Assembly: GCA_904502225.1 (NCBI GenBank)
Contig: CAJGDO010000002.1
Coordinates: 1,425 to 65,424, forward strand
Reading direction: 5' to 3'
Source of the DNA: an uncultured Clostridia bacterium
GTDB taxonomy: Bacteria; Bacillota; Clostridia; Christensenellales; Borkfalkiaceae
Length of the DNA: 64,000 bases
Translations under genes and position numbers: made by a program
Notes under the pieces: generated by a model
Told to the model about the DNA's origin: nothing
Database searches by the model: none
The model's input: the letters and a program-made list of their open reading frames with translations, nothing else
Shown here: one piece after another, positions 17,620 through 26,939 of the stretch
Position numbering within the stretch: the first letter of the stretch is position 1
Layout of the letters: each line of letters begins with the position of its first letter

Positions 17620-20600
17620 ATGAAAAAATTGACTATCGACGGTAATACCGCCGCCAGCCACGTTGCCTATGCCTTTTCAGAAGTTGCTGCTATTTACCCA
17701 ATAACACCATCTTCACCAATGGCAGAAGTTGCAGATGAATGGTCAGCAACAGGCAGAGAAAACATGTTTGGTCAAAAACTCCGCCTTGCAGAAATGCAAT
17801 CGGAAGCAGGTGCTGCTGGTGCAGTTCACGGCTCACTCGTTGCAGGTGCTTTGACCACAACTTACACCGCAAGCCAAGGCTTGTTGCTCATGATTCCTAA
17901 CATGTACAAAATCGCAGGTGAATTATTGCCAACCGTTTTCCACGTTAGTGCTCGTGCTCTTGCTGCACACTCACTTAACATTTTCGGTGACCATGCTGAC
18001 GTTATGGCTTGCCGTCAAACCGGTTTTGCTATGATTGCTTCTAACTCGGTTCAAGAAGTTATGGACTTGGCGTTAGTTTCACACCTTTCAACCTTAAAAG
18101 CAAAAGTGCCTTTCTTGCACTTCTTTGATGGTTTCAGAACCAGCCACGAAGTTTCTAAAATCGACGTAATTGATTACGAAGATATGAAAGCACTTGTTGA
18201 TATGAAAGATATTGAAGATTTTAGAGCACGTGCTCTTAACCCAGAACACCCTGTTCAAAGAGGTACTGCTCAAAACTCTGACATTTACTTCCAAAACAGA
18301 GAAACTGCTAACAAATACTATTTAGCAACACCTGCTATCGTTCAAGAAATGATGGATAAGGTTAATAAGTTGACAGGTAGAAATTACCACTTATTCGATT
18401 ACGTTGGTGCACCAGATGCTGAAAACGTTGTTGTTTTAATGGGTAGCGGTGCTGACGCTGTTGAAGAAACAATCAACAAGATGAACGCAGAAGGTCATAA
18501 AGTTGGTATGCTTAAAGTTAGACTTTATCGTCCATTTGCTATTGATAGTTTCGTTGACGCTTTACCAAAGACTGTTAAGAAGATTGCTGTTTTAGACAGA
18601 ACTAAAGAAGCAGGCTCTCTTGGTGAACCATTATACCTTGACGTATGCTCTGCATTATTAGAAAAAGGCATGACCGACATTAAGGTTGTTGGTGGTAGAT
18701 ATGGTTTAGGTAGCAAGGAATTCAACCCTTCAATGATTTATTCAGTTTATAAGAACTTGGAACTTGCTGAACCAAAGAACCACTTTACAGTTGGTATCTA
18801 TGATGACTTAACCAACACTTCACTTAACTTTGAAGAAAAATACGATGCTGCACCAAAAGGCACAATTTCTTGTAAGTTCTGGGGTTTAGGCTCTGACGGT
18901 ACTGTTGGTGCTAACAAAAACTCTATTAAGATTATCGGTGACCACACAGACAAATACGTTCAAGGTTATTTCTTCTATGACAGTAAGAAATCAGGCGGTA
19001 TCACCGTTTCACACTTACGTTTTGGTGACACACCTATCCAATCAGCATATTTAATCGACGCTGCTGACTTCGTACAATGCTCTAATCCATCATATATCAC
19101 ACGTTATAATATGACGGGCGACATTAAGAATAACGGTACTTTCTTATTCAACACTTCTGCATTGACAGTTGAAGAATTAGAAAACGTGCTTCCAGCATCT
19201 GTTAAGAGAGATATTGCTAACAAGAACATTAACCTTTACGTTATCGACGCAATTAAGATTGCTGCTGAATTAGGTTTAAGAGGCAGAACAAACACAATTT
19301 TACAATCTGCATTCTTTAAGGTTGCAAACATTATCCCTTACGACCAAGCAGTTGATTATATGAAGAAGATGGCTTATAAGTCATTTGCTAAAAAAGGCGA
19401 TGCTATCGTTCAAATGAACTACAACGCTATTGAAAGTGCTGAAGCAAACCTTGTTAAGATTGAAGTTCCTGCAAGTTGGAAAGATGCAACTGACGGTGCA
19501 CCTATGGCTGAAGTTGCTGACAACAAATATTTTAAGGATATCGTACATCCTATCCTTACTCTTGAAGGCGACAAACTCCCTTCATCAGCATTTAACGCAG
19601 ACGGTACTGTTCCAACAGGTACAACACAATACGAAAAACGTGGTGTTGCCGTTCTCGTTCCAAAGTGGGATGAAACAAAATGTATCCAATGTAATCAATG
19701 TGCTTTCGTTTGCCCACACGCTTGTATCAGACCTGCTGTTATTAAGGAAGGCGAACAAAAACCTATTTCTTTCGTGACCAAACCTATGATTGGTAATAAG
19801 GGTTATGAATATAGAATGCAAGTTTCTGCTCTTGACTGTATGGGTTGTGGCGTTTGTGCTGACATCTGCCCTGCAAAAGAAAAGGCACTTACAATGGTTC
19901 CATTCAATTCTATCGTTGAAACTGAAAAAGTTAACTATGAATTTAGCGAAACTCTTGAAGAAGTTAACGTTTCTGCTTGCCCAGGTTGCAAACCTTCAAC
20001 CGTTAAGGGTAGCCAATTCAACAAACCACTCTTCGAGTTCTCTGGTGCTTGTGCTGGCTGTGGTGAAACACCTTACGTTAAACTTGTCACACAATTATTC
20101 GGTGACAGAATGATAGTTGCAAACGCAACAGGTTGTTCTTCAATCTACGGCGGTTCTGCTCCTACCTGCCCTTACACAAAGAATAAAGAAGGCAAAGGTC
20201 CTGCTTGGGCTAACTCACTCTTTGAAGATAACGCAGAATTCGGTTATGGTATGAACCTTGCTATGTCAACTCGTCGTGCTAAAATCGAAGAAGATATGAG
20301 AAAGGCGTTTGATAGCGTAAACGAAAAGACCAACGCTGCTTTTGCTGCTTGGCTTAACGATAAAGACGATGCTGAAAAATCTAAAGTTGCTGCAGAAATG
20401 GTTAAAGAAGCAATCGCAACTGAAACTGCTGACGGTTTAGATTACATTAAGGCTAACCTTGACTGCTTGGTTAAACCATCAATCTGGATTTTCGGTGGTG
20501 ACGGTTGGGCTTACGATATCGGTTATGGCGGTCTTGACCACGTGCTTGCAAGTGGCGAAAACGTTAACGTTTTAGTTCTTGACACCGAAGTTTACTCTAA

Positions 20601-21120
20601 CACTGGTGGACAAGCAAGTAAGTCAACCCCAACAGGTTCTGTTGCTAAATTCGCTGCTGCAGGTAAGAGAGTTAAGAAGAAAGACTTGGGTATGATGGCT
20701 ATGAGTTATGGCTACGTTTACGTTGCTCAATGCTCAATGGGTTCAAACAAGCAACAACTCTTAAACGCTCTTATTGAAGCTGAAAAATATGACGGACCAT
20801 CACTTATCATTTGTTATGCACCATGTATCAACCACGGTATCAACATGACCAAATCTCAAGAAGAAGAAAAGAAAGCAGTTGATTGTGGCTACTGGCAATT
20901 ATACAGATATAATCCAACCAGCATCGATGAAGGCAAAAATCCATTTACTTTGGATAGCAAAGAACCAACTGGCGATTATAAAGCATTCTTGCTCGGCGAA
21001 ACAAGGTACGCTTCACTTATGAAGGCTCGTCCAGAACTTGCTGAACAACTCTTTGAAAAGACTGAAAAAGATAGTAAAGTTCGTTTAGAAACCTATAAAA
21101 ACTTGGCTAAAAACGACTAA
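17620..21120 (+). CDS. nifJ: Pyruvate:ferredoxin (flavodoxin) oxidoreductase
   Basis: The 1166-aa single-chain PFOR has two 4Fe-4S motifs (CIQCNQCAFVCP and CMGCGVCADICP) and a TPP-binding GGDGWAYDIG motif. Confidence 0.95.
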   Translation: MKKLTIDGNTAASHVAYAFSEVAAIYPITPSSPMAEVADEWSATGRENMFGQKLRLAEMQSEAGAAGAVHGSLVAGALTTTYTASQGLLLMIPNMYKIAGELLPTVFHVSARALAAHSLNIFGDHADVMACRQTGFAMIASNSVQEVMDLALVSHLSTLKAKVPFLHFFDGFRTSHEVSKIDVIDYEDMKALVDMKDIEDFRARALNPEHPVQRGTAQNSDIYFQNRETANKYYLATPAIVQEMMDKVNKLTGRNYHLFDYVGAPDAENVVVLMGSGADAVEETINKMNAEGHKVGMLKVRLYRPFAIDSFVDALPKTVKKIAVLDRTKEAGSLGEPLYLDVCSALLEKGMTDIKVVGGRYGLGSKEFNPSMIYSVYKNLELAEPKNHFTVGIYDDLTNTSLNFEEKYDAAPKGTISCKFWGLGSDGTVGANKNSIKIIGDHTDKYVQGYFFYDSKKSGGITVSHLRFGDTPIQSAYLIDAADFVQCSNPSYITRYNMTGDIKNNGTFLFNTSALTVEELENVLPASVKRDIANKNINLYVIDAIKIAAELGLRGRTNTILQSAFFKVANIIPYDQAVDYMKKMAYKSFAKKGDAIVQMNYNAIESAEANLVKIEVPASWKDATDGAPMAEVADNKYFKDIVHPILTLEGDKLPSSAFNADGTVPTGTTQYEKRGVAVLVPKWDETKCIQCNQCAFVCPHACIRPAVIKEGEQKPISFVTKPMIGNKGYEYRMQVSALDCMGCGVCADICPAKEKALTMVPFNSIVETEKVNYEFSETLEEVNVSACPGCKPSTVKGSQFNKPLFEFSGACAGCGETPYVKLVTQLFGDRMIVANATGCSSIYGGSAPTCPYTKNKEGKGPAWANSLFEDNAEFGYGMNLAMSTRRAKIEEDMRKAFDSVNEKTNAAFAAWLNDKDDAEKSKVAAEMVKEAIATETADGLDYIKANLDCLVKPSIWIFGGDGWAYDIGYGGLDHVLASGENVNVLVLDTEVYSNTGGQASKSTPTGSVAKFAAAGKRVKKKDLGMMAMSYGYVYVAQCSMGSNKQQLLNALIEAEKYDGPSLIICYAPCINHGINMTKSQEEEKKAVDCGYWQLYRYNPTSIDEGKNPFTLDSKEPTGDYKAFLLGETRYASLMKARPELAEQLFEKTEKDSKVRLETYKNLAKND

Positions 21121-21150
21121 TTAAACAGTCTAAATCAGTTTAGTTAAACT

Positions 21151-21187
21151 CAAAGCCCTTGATTTTTCAAGGGCTTTGTTTTTTTGG
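21151..21187 (+). terminator. Rho-independent terminator after the PFOR gene
   Basis: A 10-bp stem (CAAAGCCCTT/AAGGGCTTTG) is followed by a T-run. Confidence 0.8.
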
Positions 21188-21333
21188 GTTTTTGTGTCTT
21201 TTTTTGCCTTTATATTATATAATGTATATTATAAGGCGATTTTTTTAAGAATTTTGGGTTGTTTTTTAAAAATTTTCTTATTTTCCCTTTACTTTTTTTA
21301 AATTATAAAGTAAATTAGAAATAGGAGAAAAAT

Positions 21334-22464
21334 ATGAAAAAAGTTTTAACCTTTCTTTTAACGCTTATTTTAAGTGTGTGTTGCCTTTTTTCGTTTGCTG
21401 GTTGTGAACAAAAAAAGATTGATAACAACGCTATTGTTGACCCAAGGGTTGACACAATTAAAGTTGGCGTAATTGAATATGCACCACTAAATTATATGTA
21501 TAGAAATACGTTCAAGGGTTTTAACACCGAACTTGCTGTTATGACCTTTAACGCTCTTGGCTATAACGTGGAATTTGTGTTGGTTGAGCCACAGGATAAG
21601 GACCAATTTATCCCTGATGCAAATGACGTTTACTCTGCCCTTAATAATAATGAAATAGATTGTTTCTGGGGCGGAATTTCTGATGCTATCCTTTTTGATG
21701 AAGAGTTGTTCGACTTTTCTTACCCTTATTTAGAAAACTCTGTTTGCCTTGTTAAAGGCAGCACAGCATCGACCGTTTCTTCTTTGGAAGATTTAGAGGG
21801 CGAAAAGATTGCTTTTGGCGAAAATTCAGCCGGCGAAAAGTATTTTAATGAATATGTTTTAGGCACGATTGATGACGTTTCTGCTTCAAGTTGCGAAAGG
21901 GGGCAAAAATCTGCATTACATAAAACAAAGTCTATTACAGAACCTGAAAAATACGCTATTGTTGACACCTTGATGGCTCTTTACCAAAAATATAACGGTG
22001 AATATGGCGACGTTGGTTTGACAGAAGTTGATTTAGAGCAAAAGAATTATTTAAGAGTTGTTTTCAAAGATGAAGATGAAAACCAACTTCGTGATAACGT
22101 GAACGCTATGCTTGAAACTTTTGCAAAGGTTAAAAAGGACGACCAGTGCATAATCGAACAAATTGCTAACAAATACAAGTTTGGCAACTATGAAAAAAGC
22201 GTTTCTGATTTTATTATAACCGATTTTTCTGCTGATGGCGGAGAAAGTGGTGGCAACGGCAGTGAAAGTGCTGGCACAAACGAGGGCGACGGGTTATCAA
22301 CCCCACCAGAAAATTCACCTTCTAACCCACCTGAAAACCAACCAGCGGGCGAAACCCCACCTACAACCGAACCAGAAGAACCAACTGAAAACCCACCACA
22401 AGCAGGTAATAACGGAAATACCGAGGATTTTAACCCAAGTTGGGCAAAACCATCTGTAATTTAA
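21334..22464 (+). CDS. Amino-acid ABC transporter substrate-binding lipoprotein with a Pro/Glu/Asn-rich C-terminal tail
   Basis: It has a lipobox (FAGC) and an SBP_bac_3-like core (GFNTELAVMTFNALGYNVEF). A low-complexity tail of about 80 aa follows (PPENSPSNPPENQPAGETPPTTEPEEPTENPP). Confidence 0.85.
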   Translation: MKKVLTFLLTLILSVCCLFSFAGCEQKKIDNNAIVDPRVDTIKVGVIEYAPLNYMYRNTFKGFNTELAVMTFNALGYNVEFVLVEPQDKDQFIPDANDVYSALNNNEIDCFWGGISDAILFDEELFDFSYPYLENSVCLVKGSTASTVSSLEDLEGEKIAFGENSAGEKYFNEYVLGTIDDVSASSCERGQKSALHKTKSITEPEKYAIVDTLMALYQKYNGEYGDVGLTEVDLEQKNYLRVVFKDEDENQLRDNVNAMLETFAKVKKDDQCIIEQIANKYKFGNYEKSVSDFIITDFSADGGESGGNGSESAGTNEGDGLSTPPENSPSNPPENQPAGETPPTTEPEEPTENPPQAGNNGNTEDFNPSWAKPSVI

Positions 22465-22626
22465 TAATTTATAAGCAAATAAAAACCCACAGAGCAAAAC
22501 TCTTTGTGGGTTTTTTAATTTTTTTTATTTTTTTACCTTATTTTACTTTACTTCTTTAGCGTAATAAAGTATAATGGTATTACTTTATTAGAGTAAAGTG
22601 AAAAAACATTTTTAGGAGAAACTATC

Positions 22627-23466
22627 ATGAAAAAAGTTTTAACACTAATTTTAACAGTGCTTATGTCATGCGTTGCAATTTTTGCAGTTGGCTGTGCAGA
22701 AGAAAAATCTTCTGTTGTTGACCCAAGAAAAGGCAACACAATTGTTGTTGGTTATACCGTTTATGAACCAATGAACTATACAAAAGACAAAGTTTTGGTT
22801 GGTTTTGACACCGAACTTGCAATTATGACTTTTGAAGCACTTGGCTACAACGTTCAATTCAAGTGTATCACTTGGGAAAACAAGTATATCGACCTTCATG
22901 AAGAAACCATCGATTGTATTTGGAACGGCTTTACGTCAAACGGTCAAGACACGGTTGACGGGGTTAAAAAATCAAGAGACCAAATCGTTGACTTCTCTTA
23001 CAACTATATGCAAAACGCACAATGCATTTTAAGAAAGTCTTCTACCCCTGCAATCACAGACCCTGCACAATTTAACGGCAAAACAATTGCAGTTGAAAGG
23101 GGCTCTTCTGGTGACGCACTTGCATCTTCTTACAAAACTGGCGACGTAAATATCGATATCAGTGCACTTGCATCACAAATGGATGCTGTGACAAAGGTAA
23201 ACGAAGGTCTTGTTGACTACGCTATCGTTGACGTTTTACTTGCAGATGCTATTTTAGCAGGCAGTGGATATTCTGGTTTAGTTAAAAACACAGGTCTTAA
23301 CATTGCTGTTGAATATTATGCTGTTGGCTTTGCAAAAGGCAGTGAATTAACAGATAAAGTAAACGCAACGTTAGAATATTTTGCTAAAACCGGTTATTTA
23401 CAAAAACTTGCTGATAAGTATAACCTTTCAACTTCAGTAATCACCGACTTTACTTCACAAAAATAA
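22627..23466 (+). CDS. Amino-acid ABC transporter substrate-binding lipoprotein
   Basis: It has a lipobox (AVGC) and an SBP_bac_3 core (GFDTELAIMTFEALGYNVQF), making it a paralogue of the preceding gene. Confidence 0.85.
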   Translation: MKKVLTLILTVLMSCVAIFAVGCAEEKSSVVDPRKGNTIVVGYTVYEPMNYTKDKVLVGFDTELAIMTFEALGYNVQFKCITWENKYIDLHEETIDCIWNGFTSNGQDTVDGVKKSRDQIVDFSYNYMQNAQCILRKSSTPAITDPAQFNGKTIAVERGSSGDALASSYKTGDVNIDISALASQMDAVTKVNEGLVDYAIVDVLLADAILAGSGYSGLVKNTGLNIAVEYYAVGFAKGSELTDKVNATLEYFAKTGYLQKLADKYNLSTSVITDFTSQK

Positions 23467-23487
23467 TTTTTTACTCAAGGATTTACT

Positions 23488-24201
23488 ATGGATTTTTGGT
23501 CAGTCACTCAAAGCCTTTTACAAGGCTTTGAGGTCACTTGTTTAATTTTTATAATTACCCTTTTGTTTTCTTTACCATTAGGGCTTATTATTGCTTTTGG
23601 GTCTATGTCAAAGTTCCCACCACTTAAATTTGTGGTAAGGATTTTTGTTTGGATTATCCGTGGCATACCTTTAATGCTACAAGTTTTTATCGTTTACTAT
23701 ATGGTAAAAATTGATGGTATAAACGTTTGGGGAAAAGTAAACAAGTTTTTCTATTTTGAACTCGGTTGGAGTGTTGGTCCAGCAGAACTAAACGGTGAAG
23801 GCTTTGGCGGTTTAATCGCCGTATTGATTGCCTTTATTATTAACTACGCTTGTTATTTTTCTGAAATTTTTAGAGGTGGTATTTCAAGCATACAAAAAGG
23901 TCAGTACGAGGCGGGTAAGGTCTTGGGCTTAAAGAAAGGTCAAATCTTCTCAAAAATCGTGCTTTTACAAGTGTTTAAGCGTATTTTAGCACCTATGGGC
24001 AATGAAGTTATTACCCTAGTTAAAGACACGGCTTTATCAAACTCTATCGGCATTTTGGAAATTATTTTGGTTTCAAAATCATTTACCTATCAAGCAATTT
24101 GGCCACTTTTCTATTCGGGTGCATTTTACTTGGTTTTCGTCGGAATTTTAACACTTCTTTTCGGCTATTTAGAAAAGAAATTGTCGTTTTATAAGGAGTA
24201 A
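23488..24201 (+). CDS. Amino-acid ABC transporter permease
   Basis: A polytopic membrane protein with an EAA-type loop (YEAGKVLGLKKGQIFSKIVLLQ). Confidence 0.9.
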   Translation: MDFWSVTQSLLQGFEVTCLIFIITLLFSLPLGLIIAFGSMSKFPPLKFVVRIFVWIIRGIPLMLQVFIVYYMVKIDGINVWGKVNKFFYFELGWSVGPAELNGEGFGGLIAVLIAFIINYACYFSEIFRGGISSIQKGQYEAGKVLGLKKGQIFSKIVLLQVFKRILAPMGNEVITLVKDTALSNSIGILEIILVSKSFTYQAIWPLFYSGAFYLVFVGILTLLFGYLEKKLSFYKE

Positions 24202-24204
24202 ATT

Positions 24205-25077
24205 ATGGCTTATTTAGAAATTAAAGGTTTTAAAAAGTCTTTTTCTAACTTTGAAGTATTAAAAGGCATTGACTTTTCGCTTGAAAAAGGGCAAGTTTTA
24301 TCTATTATCGGCCCATCAGGTAGCGGTAAAAGTACACTTCTTCGCTCGCTTAACTTTTTAGAAACGCCAGACGAAGGGGTTATGATTTTAGATAACGAAG
24401 TGCTTTTTGACGCCAAAACGGCTAAATCAGACGGCGAAAAGGTTTTGAGAAACAAACGCCTTAACTTTGGCTTGGTTTTCCAATCTTTCCACCTTTTCCC
24501 ACAATATAACGTGCTAAAAAACATTACTCTTGCACCTACTCTTTTACTTAAAGACAAGGTTAAAGAATACAAAAAAGAACTTAAAAAAGACAAGTCGCTT
24601 GGCTTTAAAAATAGAAAGGAACTGGTTAATCAATTTAAAAAAGAACAAACCGAATTGATTGAACAAAACGCACTTTCACTTTTAGAAAAAATCGGCTTAA
24701 CTGAAAAAGCATCTTCTTATCCTTGTGAACTTTCTGGTGGGCAATGTCAACGTGTTGCTATTGCCCGTGCTCTTGCATTAAACCCAAAAGTTTTGTGCTT
24801 TGACGAGCCAACTAGTGCCCTTGACCCAGAACTTACGGGCGAAGTGTTAAAGGTTATCCGCTCTCTTAAAGGTCAAGATAGAACAATGATTATCGTGACC
24901 CACGAAATGGGTTTTGCTAAAAACGTTTCGGATAAAATTATCTTCCTTTACGACGGTGTTGTTGAAGAAGAAGGCAAGCCAAAACAAGTTTTTGAAAAGC
25001 CAAAGTCAGAAAAACTGGTGCATTTTTTGTCAAACTTAACTGAAAAAGACGGTGACCTTAATAAACAAAAAGCGTAA
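24205..25077 (+). CDS. Amino-acid ABC transporter ATP-binding protein
   Basis: It has Walker A (GPSGSGKST), the signature LSGGQCQR and Walker B (LCFDEPTSALD). A Lys-rich insertion of about 45 aa separates the Q-loop region from the signature motif. Confidence 0.9.
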   Translation: MAYLEIKGFKKSFSNFEVLKGIDFSLEKGQVLSIIGPSGSGKSTLLRSLNFLETPDEGVMILDNEVLFDAKTAKSDGEKVLRNKRLNFGLVFQSFHLFPQYNVLKNITLAPTLLLKDKVKEYKKELKKDKSLGFKNRKELVNQFKKEQTELIEQNALSLLEKIGLTEKASSYPCELSGGQCQRVAIARALALNPKVLCFDEPTSALDPELTGEVLKVIRSLKGQDRTMIIVTHEMGFAKNVSDKIIFLYDGVVEEEGKPKQVFEKPKSEKLVHFLSNLTEKDGDLNKQKA

Positions 25078-25086
25078 GGTGAAATT

Positions 25087-25347
25087 ATGGGAACAAATCA
25101 AGATTACACCGAACTTTATTCGGCAATTTTAAAACTAAAAAGCATAAGCGATTGTGAAGAGTTTTTTTCCGACCTTTTAACCATAAAAGAATTAAACTCT
25201 ATGACCCAAAGGGTGGTTGCGGGAAAACTTTTGCTCTCTGGCGAAACTTATGAAAAAATCATTTCTAAAACTGATATTTCATCAGCAACCCTATCCCGTG
25301 TTTCAAGATGCGTTAAGTACGGAAAAGGCTATAAAAAGTTTTTATAA
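25087..25347 (+). CDS. YerC/YecD-family TrpR-like protein
   Basis: The 86-aa product has the family motif (FFSDLLTIKELNSMTQRVVAGKLLLSGETYEKIISKTDISSATLSRVSRCVKYG). Confidence 0.8.
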   Translation: MGTNQDYTELYSAILKLKSISDCEEFFSDLLTIKELNSMTQRVVAGKLLLSGETYEKIISKTDISSATLSRVSRCVKYGKGYKKFL

Positions 25348-25398
25348 AAGTTAATAAAAAAGAAAAGTTGGTAAGTAAAAACTTATCAACTTTTTTAA

Positions 25399-25863
25399 TT
25401 ATATGACGTTTATAACAAACACGTTTTTCTTTTTTGCATAGTTTACAGTGTTGAACGTTCCGCCCGAATTTCTGTTTAAATAACACAACACAGCAAAACT
25501 ATTATCCACCATAAACTCGTTTCTTTTTTGCATACAATAAGGGGTATATTCTGGGCTTAAAACCACCTTTTCATCAGCGACGGATAAAAGCCTAAAATAC
25601 TCTTCTTTTTGCTTAAAATTAAATCTTTCGGGCTGTGATGGGCAAGGAACACAGGCAATAATTTTAATGTCGTTTTTCTCTCTTAATCTTTCCAAAATCT
25701 GAAAACACAATGTGTCAAAACCCAAGGCCATACCTATCAAAAACGTGTTAAAGCCTTTTTCGATTAACTTAACCAAAAAACCCTCAACTCTTTCTTTATT
25801 TAAGTCTTTACCAATATATCTATGCCCTGAAACACAAATTGTTTTTTCTCTTATAATTTCCAT
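25399..25863 (-). CDS. SLOG-fold DUF1273 (YpsA-like) protein
   Basis: Motifs VSGHR...FLIGMALGFDTLCFQ...IACVPCPSQPERF match the DUF1273 pattern from memory. Confidence 0.75.
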   Translation of the reverse strand: MEIIREKTICVSGHRYIGKDLNKERVEGFLVKLIEKGFNTFLIGMALGFDTLCFQILERLREKNDIKIIACVPCPSQPERFNFKQKEEYFRLLSVADEKVVLSPEYTPYCMQKRNEFMVDNSFAVLCYLNRNSGGTFNTVNYAKKKNVFVINVI

Positions 25864-25865
25864 AA

Positions 25866-26546
25866 TTAAAGCGGTTTTTTTCTTTCCTTTCCGTTTCCCC
25901 TTGGATAAATTGCCGGCGTGTTATTTTCCTTTCTAATAGTTATAATTTGCCTTGTTGCATCGCTTAAAGAAAAGTTATCAACTTTTTCTAATTTACCACC
26001 CAAAATCTTGATTGCGTTTTGTGCCTCGTCAATTTCTTCTTGTGCGTTTCCTTTATAAGCAATAAACTTTCCACCTTTTTTAACAAACGGCATACAATAT
26101 TCACATAAAGTATTAAGTCTTGCAACAGCACGGGCAGAACACATATCAAACTTTTCCCTATAATTTTTATCTTTTGCAAGGTCTTCTGCTCTGCCACAAA
26201 TAACGCTGACGTTGGTAAGTTTTAAGTTATCAACAACGGCTTTTAAGAACTCACATTTTTTGCCCGTGGAATCAACCATTACTAACGAAAGGTCATCTTT
26301 AAAAATCCTTATAGGAATAGCGGGAAATCCCCCTCCCGAACCAATATCTATCAACGTTTTCCCGTCAACGTTATCAACGTTTAATAAACTGTCGATAAAG
26401 TGTTTTTCAATAACTTCTTCTCGCTCTGTGATAGCAGTTATGTTGAATTTTTGGTTATATTCCATCAATAGTTGATAATATTTTTCAAACTTTTCTATCT
26501 TTTCGTTTGAAATTTTTATGTTATATTTTTCAAAATAATTTTTCAT
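25866..26546 (-). CDS. rsmG: 16S rRNA (guanine527-N7)-methyltransferase RsmG
   Basis: It has the SAM motif DIGSGGGFPAIPI and GidB-like layout. The start is either the ATG at 26546 (MKNYFEKY) or the ATG at 26564. Neither has an RBS (see the leaderless finding). Confidence 0.9.
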   Translation of the reverse strand: MKNYFEKYNIKISNEKIEKFEKYYQLLMEYNQKFNITAITEREEVIEKHFIDSLLNVDNVDGKTLIDIGSGGGFPAIPIRIFKDDLSLVMVDSTGKKCEFLKAVVDNLKLTNVSVICGRAEDLAKDKNYREKFDMCSARAVARLNTLCEYCMPFVKKGGKFIAYKGNAQEEIDEAQNAIKILGGKLEKVDNFSLSDATRQIITIRKENNTPAIYPRGNGKERKKPL

Positions 26547-26939
26547 AGAAAAAGTATAACACATTGGTAAAAATTTTTCAATTTTTTTTAACCTTTTTAA
26601 TAATTTTTATAGTTATCAAACAAAATTAAAAGTTATAACTTTTTTATAAACGTTTTATCTACATATCTTTTCATTAAGGATTATATAACGAAAAAACACT
26701 TATCAACTTTTCAACGCCATACTACTATACCTAATACCTTTTTAAATTTAAAAAATAAATAAAAAAAACAATACAAAGGAAATTAAAAAATTAAAAATTT
26801 TTGTTTTTTCTAAAAAAGGAAAATAGCAAATTTATCATTAGAAAAAGCCTTGATTTTTTTTCCCTTTTATTATATAATAAAAGGGTATAATTTAAATAAC
26901 GATTTTTTTCTTAAAATAAAGGATAAACGGAGGGGAAAA

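Noticed and set aside
26850-26939. N-terminal extensions implied by the ORF-track starts for dnaN (26850), recF (36187), trkA (33634), trkH (34959), ftsH (48898), ecfA2 (16587), the M20 dipeptidase (43840) and the amino-acid kinase (41801)
   Set aside because: Internal ATG or TTG codons that follow clear Shine-Dalgarno sequences give N-termini matching the family-typical starts. The upstream starts are GTG or TTG without an RBS, or they overlap neighbouring genes.
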